Below are positions 39,260 to 49,766 of a stretch of 64,000 bases of DNA, in pieces. The stretch covers positions 59,522,001 to 59,586,000 of the forward strand of contig NC_045707.1 of the NCBI RefSeq assembly GCF_009834535.1, read 5' to 3'. This DNA is from Camelus ferus. Its lineage: Eukaryota. The translations under genes and the position numbers were made by a program. A model generated the notes under the pieces. The model had not been told where the DNA came from and ran no database searches. It worked only from the letters and a program-made list of their open reading frames with translations. Each line of letters starts with the position of its first letter. Positions within the stretch are counted from its first letter, which is position 1.

Positions 39260-40075
39260 ACAATAAATTTTATTTGGTGCCTACTGTGGGTAGACTCTGT
39301 CCTGGGCAGTTATGCTACTTAATAAGAAAGAGAGTTTATGCTACAGTTGGAGGTGGCTGAAATCACACTTGTTAATCAGGAAACAAAAAACAGTGGATGG
39401 TGCTCAACTCTATGAATAAAATACAAGATGACAATGGGGTATAATTCTGGCAAGAGGCACTAGGAGTGAGTGTTCCTTTGGACTAGGTGGTTGGAGATAG
39501 CTGGTGTGAAGCAGCAGCACGCAAGCAGAGATGTGATGAGAAGGATCCTGCTCTGATCTGGAGGAGTGCCAGTTACAGGCAGAGAGATCATTTACGACAA
39601 AGTCCCAAATGCAGGACAAGTTAGTCTGCTGAGAAATAGAATGAAGGCAGGGATCATTGCACTAGGGGAAGAATGGTACGAGTGTAGCTTAGGAGCTAGA
39701 TAGATGGCCAGATTATGTGGGACTCTGTAGGGCTTGGCAAGGTACTTCAGTTTTATTTTTAAGTCTAATCAAATACATGTCTCATGAATTGAAATGACAT
39801 ACAATATACAATTTTAGATTAGAGTCTCTGCTGTGTGAAAGCTATTGCAAAGGGCCAAAAGTGGATCCTGGAAGACTTACTAGAAACTGGGTGAAAATCG
39901 GTGGTGACATGTCTTGGACCAGGGGAAGGAGGGTGGAAATGGAAAGAAATGCCCAACTGAGGGTATGTTTTGGAGGAAGAGCCAATAGAACAAGCTGAAA
40001 ATAAGATGGGTTGGAAGGGAGTGATTGAAAGAGAAGAACAGAGTATGGATTCTTCCCAAATTTTCTTCCTAAGTA
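39260..40075 (-). mobile_element. L2 LINE fragment
   Basis: Starts aaattttatttggtgcctactgtg, followed by L2-like body (ggccagattatgtgggactctgtaggg, gtatgttttggaggaagagccaa). Confidence 0.65.
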
Positions 40076-41779
40076 ATCATGCATTCTAACCTCTAGTCTC
40101 TGTAGCAGTTTTAGTTACTAGCATTTTTGCACAGCACTTCATAATTCACTTGCTATTTTTTTCCATCATGCTTGGATTGTAAAATTATAGAATGTCAATT
40201 TTGGATGATACCATAACATTCTTCCTCCCACCTGACAAAGTCGAACTCATCCTTAAGACTCATCTCTTCTATGATGACTCCGCCCTCCGGGAAGACTCAG
40301 GAATAGCCCATCTACATTATTTGTTGCACACGCTTCCATAATAGCAATAATTTTCAAAAGTTTTTGAGTAAATTATTATCACTATCACCAATCAACTAAG
40401 CTCCCAGAGAGCAGAGAAGTTTTTAAAATCTTTGTAACTCTTATTACAAAGTATTTGCAGAATGAGTGATAAGTACATAAAGGAAAACAATTGGGTGATT
40501 TCCCTTTACTTGAACTATGGCAACTGGTTACTGCATCACTTCTTAAAAATCTCTGGTAGTCACCTGAATGCTTACAAAGGCAGACTATTGAATTCAGATA
40601 GGTCTAATTGTTGGGAACTTCTTATACTGCATCAAAATCTTCTTAGAGTTTTCACCTTTTATTTTAGTTTTATCTACTTGTTAAATGGATAAAGATACGC
40701 CAAATGCAAAATTCCTTTTACCACATGGCAGTGATAAATGAGTTACAAAAACTCTACAGAGAATATCCTTGCACTGTACAGGAAATAGGACTAATAGGAA
40801 TTTCATTAACTTCCAGAACTCAGCATTATATTTATAGGGCTCTGAACATTCAATTTGCAAGAAAGAGTATTATGAAACATATATTAAGGTCCCAGAAGGA
40901 ATAATTAATCACCAGCATCACTCAGAAGTGGGTAAAGAAGAGGGGGAAAATATCACTGTCAGTCATCCATCTTCCCATTATGGAGGGGCTAATTATCTTT
41001 AAATATCAAACGTATGTGTTTATACCTATACATGCATATATATGTCTTTTAAATTTATACTACTTAAAAGCAGTTAAGCATTTCCATTATAAATGAGTTC
41101 AGATTGAGATATCTGTAAATTTGCTACTGACAGTTTCCCAGCCAGAGTTTTCCTGGTAACAATACCTCTTACTTCTATACATACAGAAATTCGAACTGAC
41201 AAGCAAAGGAGGACATACTACAGACTCAGGTATATATGAGTTCCAAGGCTAACTCCTACAAGCCTCGTGACTTTAAGAGATTATCATGATTCTGACTTGA
41301 AATCGCTGCTTCTTCATTTCTGCAAAATGGGGTAACATCCCTTTCTCATGGGTTTATGGCGAGAATTTAAACTTAAATCTTGCAACACAAAGATGTGCAC
41401 TAAAGTACTCAACAAATACCATTATAAAATAGTAAATTATTACTATTATCTTAGCAAGTGGTTAGCAGCTCCAGAAAACTCTGTCAGGGATTTTGCAAGA
41501 AAAATTCTTAAATGATGTTGAAGCGGTCAGAGTTGAAAGGCTACTGGGGGTCACATAAGCCAAATGACATGACTCTATGACAGATCTTTCACTGACAGCT
41601 AAAAAGCTTGAATATTGACTACTCTACCTTGAGAGGATATATATTATCATTTATAAAATTATTCTGAATTTATAAAATACCTCAAGCAACCTTTGCCTCA
41701 TGTGCAGATGATGATGTGAAATCTTCTTATTAGATGGCTTTGCTTGTTTTCAAATACTTTATATTACTGATAATAATAC

Positions 41780-42350
41780 AAACAATTACTGACATTTATA
41801 AGCAATTTACTCTGAATCTGGCTCTGTATTAAAGTCTTTTCACAAGATTGCCTTATTTAAACTTTAAAACAACTGAATAGGTAGCTATTCTATCTCACTT
41901 TACAGAATTAGAAACTGAAGTTTGGGGAAGGCTATGAGGGGAAGGATATGACTATGTCTCAGGTACTGTTCTAAGCCCTAAATAAATATGAATTCACTTA
42001 ATCTTCAAAATAGCCTTATGAGAAAGCTTCTGTCATATGCACCCCCATTTTACAGATTACAAAATGGAAGCTCAGAGTCTTCAAAGACATACAAAGTCAC
42101 ATGACTAATAAACGGCATCATCGAGATTCTAACCCAGGTAACCTGGCTCTTGGGGCCATTGTCTTGACAGCACAAGGTGCTGTTTCTGACCAATGGCAGA
42201 GCAAACGGCCTCTGCGGCCAGTAATCCTAGCTGCTTGGCTATGTTACATCACTTATATAATTTTCATTTTAAAGAGGGTAAATGGAAACTCAAAGAGGCT
42301 GGGGAATTTGGCAAGGTCACACAGTGATCCACATTTTAACCTCTAAGCTG
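41780..42350 (-). mobile_element. Cluster of MIR fragments
   Basis: Repeated MIR core motifs: cacttttacagaattagaaactgaag, ccccattttacagat...gctcagag and gcaaggtcacacag. Confidence 0.65.
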
Positions 42351-43810
42351 TGCTGTTTCCTCTTTTAAATAGCAAAGGTCTCACTTTCAAATGAAAATCA
42401 CTAAGTCTGTATCCACTGGATAGATTATTACAAACAAACAGAAAAGCTTGTTGCTCCTTATAGAAAGAAACTTGTAAACTAGTGGATATATTCTTTCTGC
42501 TTAGATTTATACTTTCCTGTGAAATTCATCTGTGGTGATTCAACATGACTGATTTTTTTTTACAGAATATATCTGAGATCCACAAGTATGCTGCACATGA
42601 CATATTTTAAACTTTATAATTTGTTCTTATACTTTTGAAACGTGGATTATGATTTTGACATCTTAATTTCTCCTCTGTCAGAGAGGGTCTCTGGAGTTAG
42701 ACATATCTGCAGACTCCCATGTGATCCAAATACAAAGGCTTTAAATGAATTATTGCTACTAAGTCAGAATAGCAGACTTAAATGAGGGAGCCCAAGACCT
42801 GAAATACAATAATTATACATTTGTTTGCATGAGTATATAAAGCCCCAGAAAAAAGGACTTAAACAAAGCACTTAGGTTTTTTCATTGAGGGAAAATAAAT
42901 CATTGTAATGATTTTCTTTACTTAAAAAACCATACATTTAATAAATTTTTAGACCACGTACACTTGACCTTTTCCTAACTGCAGCAGGTCCTACATCCTA
43001 TTTTTCCTGTTGTCAAACCGTACACTTGCCCAAAGTGCAGACATTCCTCCTCCCTAACCATCTCCTCACTGAAAGGACAGTGAATAAAAATGAAGACACA
43101 GCAACACTGATTCGTTTCTGATTGATTAACACTTGCCCCAGAACAACAAGCAAAATGTTCTCTTTGTAACTGTCTAGTAGAATATATATTTAAAAATACA
43201 GCATATGGTATATATTTTAATATGTGAAAAGTAAAATATAAATAAATATGTGCAAAAACAAAGTTAACAAGGTATAAATATAATCATTATATAGATTATT
43301 ATTTTCACCTAGAAACATATGATGCTATGGGAAATTAATATAAATTTGATGTTGAGAAAGCAATGCCTTATAAATAACATTTAAAAGACATGCACAAAAT
43401 CCCAGAATATAGAGTATGCATCTTATATGCATCATGTCTGTTATTCTTCCCAACTCTGCAAGGTTGATCCTACTATTCCTATTTGACAGCTGAAAATAAT
43501 GAGACTAAGAGATAATTAAGTTCTTTCTCTAAAGTCATATAGATAGTAAATGGCAGAGATGGGCATTAAGTCTACACCTGCCTGGTTCCAGAGCTCTTCC
43601 TCTTTACTATTATGGTACACTTTCTCCCATGAGTGAAAACAAAAATATCTCTAAACTCTATAAAAATGAGAATTATTTTAAAAGACTAACAATAACCATG
43701 ACAGTAGTAGCAGTGAGAGTAATAGACACAGGAGAAAGTCATGGCATCTGGGTTCTATTTTGCCTTTGACAATAAATAGGTTAACTTTCAAAGGCAGATT
43801 CTAGTTCTTA

Positions 43811-43907
43811 GGTGGAGGGGAGGGGAAGGGAGGGGAAGGAAGGGGAGGAGGGGAGGAGAGGAGGAAAGGGAGAAAGGAAGCGGGGGAGGGGAAGCGGGGG
43901 AGGGGAC
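43811..43907. repeat. G-rich polypurine tract (G4/H-DNA-forming potential)
   Basis: Many GGG(G) runs separated by 1-7 nt, almost all purine. Confidence 0.9.
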
Positions 43908-44069
43908 TAGCAGGTTGGAGGATACAGGAGGCTTTCTCTTGAAAAAACCCAATTCTAAATCTCTATCTTCAGAATGAAATTCTGTTCCAAAATGCCCATG
44001 TGAAACAGGACTCGGCAACTTCCCTGAGAGTCAGTGTGTACAGCTGTGGAAGTGCAGGGGCCGCCTTAC

Positions 44070-45093
44070 CTATAAATGAAGGGAGCCACCGTGGCGGTGT
44101 TGGGGTGGCTGTGCTGCTGCTGTTGAGGGAGTTGGACAGCACCATTTCCGCCCTGCGCACTGCCTTGCGCCCCGGGCGCGGCACAGGAACCAGCCAGGGA
44201 AGCATGGCTGGCCTCCCTTCCTTCCAGAGGAGCAGGGCAATTGGATGTGCTTGCTTTCTCAGTGGTGATGGGCTTAGGTGAAGACAGGGAAGGGCTTCCC
44301 TTGGTAGTCCTGAATTTTTCCGACTCTTTGCTTGCTGCGCTGCCAGGGGAAATGGTCTGCTTCGCCGTGGGCACCTTGGAGCCAGGTTTCGGAATCCCAC
44401 TGGAGGATGGGATTAAGCTTTCCTTCTTGGCTGCCGTCGTCTTGCTGCCCTTTGGGATTAAGCTTGCAATTTTAGAGGCCTTTTTTGGAGCCGGCTCCAT
44501 CACCTGATCTCTCTCGTCCTTGACTGGTTTTTCAGTGCACACTTTAGTTTTGTCCCTGCCCTTTTCCTCTTTTTCCTTTGGCTGTAGCAAAGACTTTTTA
44601 TTGCTGAGATTTTTGCTTCCAGCTTTTGGAGGGGTTAATTTAGGTGACACTTTGGGGCTGCTATTTGTTGAGCCACCGCTGTTCAGACCACTGTTAAAAC
44701 CTTCCATCTCACCAGATTCAGAAAAGGCATCGTCCTCCTTCCCACCATCACTGAGTCCTGAACTGGGAGACTGTGGGGGGCGTAAAGCAGTCCGGGCGTT
44801 GACCAGCTTGAATTTCTCAAGCATGGATTTCTGTCCCGAGGGAGCTGTTTTGACCCCTTCTGAGGCAGCGGGCTTCAGTCTGTCTGCAGACGGTGTGGGG
44901 GAGGTGGCCGGGCTCGCCTGCTTCACGGCCAGCATGGTGGAGGTGGCGCTGTGCTTGGCGTTCATGGACTTGCTGCGCCAGGGCTTGCTGGTGCTGGGAG
45001 AAGGGATGGCGGAGGCAGGGGGCTGCCCAGCCGCGCCGGGGGGCTGCATGCTACCATTTACACCTGAAGATGGCTGAGGTCCTTTGGAGGAAT
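44070..45093 (-). CDS. NAV3: NAV3 large coding exon (~exon 8, 1024 nt), Ser/Pro/Lys-rich region DSSKGPQ...NTATVAPFIYR
   Basis: Overlaps the 327-aa ORF 44066..45049. Acceptor caaccag|AT and donor AG|gtaagg. Phase 1 to 2. Has the NAV-family motifs KPWRSKS, KSMLEKFKL and HPNTATVAPF. Confidence 0.97.
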
Positions 45094-47470
45094 CTGGTTG
45101 TGGTTAAAAACAAACATTGTTTGAAGGCTGATTAGTTTTTGATCACTTACATCACACAACTGAGTGTACCTAACTACAGGCCCAGAGAAGACTCTCCTCT
45201 GAACTGGAAGCTGATATGCTATGTGGCATCGATCATTTCTGTGATGCGGCTGTGTACCATATATCAGACATTCCATGCCTGAGAGGCATTGATTTTTAGG
45301 GAAAAAAACAACACTTTTTTCCCCATTCTAAAATTAGTCTTACCCAAATTAATTTTGCTGGTGGCAGATGCCTAAAGATGAATAAAACACTATCCCTCAC
45401 CAACACAGTTCTCTGTATTTTTTCCAACTACTACTGGAGCTCACAGCAGTAAACAGATATTCCACGTGGCCTTATAAAACCAATATTAAGAAATTGCTGT
45501 AACTTACAAGGAGCCCGACTTATTGTTATCTGATTAAATCTGCTTTTGAATCATGATTTAGCTTTTTGTTAATAATGTTTATTTTTACTTGTATAAAATA
45601 AGTATTCAAAGGTATGGTTATATGGATCAAAAATCTATTAAGAAATACATATATATAGTAATATATATGATTTTTATAACAATCCTATAAGGTATATATT
45701 AATATTATCATCCCAATTATACAAATAATTTTATAAAACAGAAGCAAAAGAACTTACATAAGCTGTCCAAAGTCACTCAGCATGGACTTGAACTGATTTG
45801 AGAGGCTGTGCTCTTAACTAGCACACCTGCAGCCTACAATGGTAGCCCAACAGACTTTAAATTCTAATAAAAAATCAAGTTACTTTTTGGAGGCTATAAG
45901 AAAATTAGGACTATTGTCATATAAGTACTTACAACGCACTAGTGTTTACCTACGTTCCACTCAGAAATCTCACTATGATATGAATTTTTATACAACTGTT
46001 TTAGCACTGATTAATGCCTGATTACAAGTCTTATGTTTAAGCATGAAAAACTAAAACAAAAAGAGATTTTATAACAGTGTATGGAATAAAAAAATAACTG
46101 AGTTTGGAGTGGAAAGGTCTCAGTATAAATGTTAACATTCGGGAACTATAATTCCAGTCATATTATTTACCTTAAGTTTCATCTACCGTAAATACCTTCC
46201 TCTTTCATCCTTTTTTTTGAGAAATGGAGTGATAAATGATTAAATTAAATATTTACGTAAAAGAGGCAACATTGCTCCTGCTAACATACTAGGTATTGAC
46301 AAATAAATGCAAAGCTATTTTTGATGAAATGTCCAAAGGAAATATTTTATTAAAAAAATCCTTTCATAATATTCAGGAAATATACCCTATACAATTCTAT
46401 TTTTCATAAATATAAAACTACAATGCTTTTACTTTTAAATGTTTTCTTCAAAGGTATCAAAATGCATGATAAACAATATGAAATTAAGCCAATTGGTATA
46501 GAGTAACTGTCTTACCCATTTTTCAGAAGAAGAAATTTACAGACAAAAAAAGTTAATAAAGAATTAGAGATAGGAAAAGAGGTCGAATTGTTAAACATTT
46601 GTGTGAGTTTTGTTTTTAAGTGTGCCTAATATAATGCAATAGAATTTTGAAGTTTATATTATCAATAACAGTATAGACAAATGTATTTTATATTAAGCTT
46701 TCTTTTTTTATATATATATATATATATTAAGCTTTCTTAAACAAGTTGGTACACCAACATTGACTTCTCAGTCTCACTACCTTTCTATGATTCCTTATTT
46801 TAACTGGTGAAAATTAGTGTTAAGACTGTACATATACACTCTGGATTAAAATATAGTAGTTTACTGATAAGTCAAAATTCTTACATGATATATTTAAATT
46901 TTAAAGCATATGATACACTGATCTTTTCTAGTATTCATGTGAAGTGTGCAGTTGCATCCATTTCTAGAATATTTGTAGGACTCCATTTGGTTTATACACA
47001 AGCACTAAGGTGTTTTGAAAAACTAATTTGACTAATTCCAGACAAGTCCAACAAGAGCCAAAACGTCCACTGTCTCAAATACGTTCACTCTCAGTGAATG
47101 AATCTCAGTCTTCTACTTCTATCTGTTTTAAGTATAGGTAATTCCAAATTTATTTCACATACAGATCCCTTTCAGAGCCTGTGAACATTTTACCATGATT
47201 TGAATCATTCTCAGTAGCAGATACAGCAGGTTGATTACCTATACATAGAAATGCCTAACAAACACTTCTTCAGAATAACTCTTACTAATTAGTCAGGTCT
47301 CACTTTGACCTCACTTCCTCTGGGAAAAAACAAACACAAAAACATTGTCCTCACCTCTGACCCTCTTCCAAGCACCAACTTTGGATGAGGTGACTCTGCT
47401 ACACTCTTTGATAGCTAATTATGTCTTCTATTATAGCCATTGTAAGTCCACTGTAATCGCCCATTTTCCC

Positions 47471-47493
47471 CACTGCACTGCACTGCACTGCAC
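47471..47493. repeat. (CACTG)n short tandem repeat
   Basis: cactgcactgcactgcactgcac. Confidence 0.9.
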
Positions 47494-47539
47494 GTACATT
47501 CCATAAAAGCAAAGACCATGCCTGTATTATGCGTAGTTT

Positions 47540-47770
47540 TATACTGTGCACACAGTACCTACCATGTGATGAGCACTGAACTATTTGCATACATTAGCTC
47601 AATCCTTCCAACAACTGCATGAAAATTGTATTTCCCTCATTTTGCTCATGAAGAAACTGAAGCACAAAGAGCTTAAATAACTTCGCCAAAGTGAACACAA
47701 TCTGTAAGTGACAGAACTGAGGAGTGAACTTAGCTCGGTTTCTAAGTTAACTCTGTCAACCACTATACTA
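47540..47770 (-). mobile_element. MIR SINE
   Basis: Reads aatccttccaacaac...cattttgctcatgaagaaactgaagcacaaagagcttaaataacttcgccaaag. Confidence 0.75.
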
Positions 47771-48609
47771 TTTTTCAAATATATAAGGGTAAGTACAATG
47801 GCTTATCAATTATAATATTATTCAACAAACAGAGAAACATAGAAAATAGTGCATATCAAACGAATGCCTTTAACAGAACTTGATGAAGTGAACTTTATTT
47901 CTCAATTACCTAGATTCAACTGGAAACTAAGAATAACTCCAAACAAAATGCATTTTCTCAAGTTCTGTGACTTGTAGACATGTCCATGCATTTCACACAG
48001 TGACTTCATCATTTTGCTGATTTCTCTCCAACATATATAGCTCTATTTTTCTACTATTTACAGAAATATTAATCAATATTATTCAGTTCCTACAATCTCT
48101 AGAACTTGTATCTAGCACATCTGTTAATATTTACTGAGTGGCTATTCTGTGCAAGACTCTCCAGTCTCGTCAAAGGGAAGAAACAAGACTCATAAAAGAT
48201 GAATGGCATATATTAAACATTAAACGAGTAGGAGGTGGGAAAGAAAATGGTAGAGATCAGAAGTACACAAAGGGCTGTACAATATTAAATAAGATCAAGG
48301 CACATGAGCTAAGGGAGATATGCAGGCATTCAAGGCAGTAGGGATATATATTTTTTGTAGGAAACTATGTAAAAATGTACTCCATTTACATTTTAAAAAT
48401 ACGTACATACATATAGTGGGAGATGGAGTTGGAAAGAAACATCGTATCTGCCCAAAATCAAAGTATAGTTTGTTGTGTTATTGTTAAGAGGAACATGATG
48501 GCATCCTATTGAATTTATCTTCCCTTTCTTACATTGATCTCAAAAGTTATTTGTGATATTTCTTATTCTATAATGAAAAGAATATTAATAATTGTTACAA
48601 ATATAAAAA

Positions 48610-48920
48610 TGCTGACTGGCACATTATTGAAAGTTCCTTATATTATTTCACATTAGTGTTCCCAACAACCTGATGAGGAGGGAAGGGCTCTTATTTCTTT
48701 TCTGTTTTTGTTTTTTTGTTTATTTGTTTTTGACAGTTTCATACTCAGTTACTTTGTCTCCCTTTCTTGGGGAAGGGCTCCTATTTCTACTTCACCCTTG
48801 TGGAAACCGAAGCTTTGAGAGCTTAAACAACTCATTCAGTGGTGCACAGCTAGTGAGGAGTGTGTGGTGGAGCTGGGATCTGACCCCATGGGGTGTGATG
48901 CTCGAGCCCGAGCTCTATAA
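48610..48920 (-). mobile_element. MIR SINE interrupted by a 71-bp TSD-flanked insertion
   Basis: Reads caacaacctgatgagg ... ggaaaccgaagct...cacagctagtgag...gagctgggatctgaccc. Confidence 0.65.
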
Positions 48921-48954
48921 TCCTCTTAGAATGTCTGACATTTTAAGTGTTTAA

Positions 48955-49120
48955 CAAAAGTGGGCTTAAATTTTAATGTGCCTTTAAGTCACTGAGGATC
49001 CTACTGAATGCACATATTCAGCAGATCTGCGGGGGGTGCGGGGTGAGGAGATTTTGCATTTCTAACAAGCTCCCATAGGATGCCTGATGCTGCAGGTCAC
49101 AGACCATGTTTTGAGTTAAA
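48955..49120. mobile_element. MER5A-like DNA transposon
   Basis: Reads attcagcagatctg...tgcatttctaacaagctccca...gatgctgcaggtcacagacca. Confidence 0.7.
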
Positions 49121-49380
49121 ATTTGAACAGACTTGGAAATCACAGCAATTGCTGACATTCTCAGCTTTAATGAGTTCTTTCTTATGACAGCATCCATATT
49201 GGCTAAACTCACTACATATTCCATAGCTGTGCAGAATTAATAGTCCCCCTGAATGCTTGGCAATTGGTGGTGAAGGATCCGTAAAATCAAAAGGAGCCCA
49301 TCAGGTTTACCTAGTGTCCTTTATAACCACATATTTAGTGCGTGTCTTCTTTGTTTCTGTAACTAGGTTAAGAAGTCAGG

Positions 49381-49766
49381 ATGGACCTAGAGATGATCAT
49401 ACTAACTGAGTTAAATCAGACAGAGAAAGACAAGTGTCATATGATATTACTTATATGTGGAATCTAAAAGATGACAGAAATGAACTCATTAACAAAACAG
49501 AAACAGACTCACAGACATACAAAACAAACTTACGGTTACCAAAGGGGGAAGGGAGTGGGGAGGGATCAATTAGCAGATACACAACACTATATACAAAATA
49601 GACAAACAACAAGGTCATGCTGTATAGCACAGGAAACTCTGTTCAATAACTTATAATAACCTATAATGAAGAAGAATATGAAAAAGAATATATATGTATA
49701 ACTTAATCACTATGCTGTACACCAGAAACTAACACAGCATTTTGTAAATCAACTATAATTAAACAA
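49381..49766 (+). mobile_element. 5'-truncated L1 (ORF2 end + 3'UTR) with TSD
   Basis: Reads atggacctagagatgatcatactaa...cagactcacagacat...tgctgtacaccagaaactaacac. TSD AAGAAGTC(A/C)GG at 49370-49380 and 49767-49777, preceded by TT (L1 endonuclease site). Confidence 0.9.

Noticed and set aside
44520..45077. 185-aa plus-strand ORF (and others at 44000-45135)
   Set aside because: Antisense shadows of NAV3 exon 8, with no independent coding signature.
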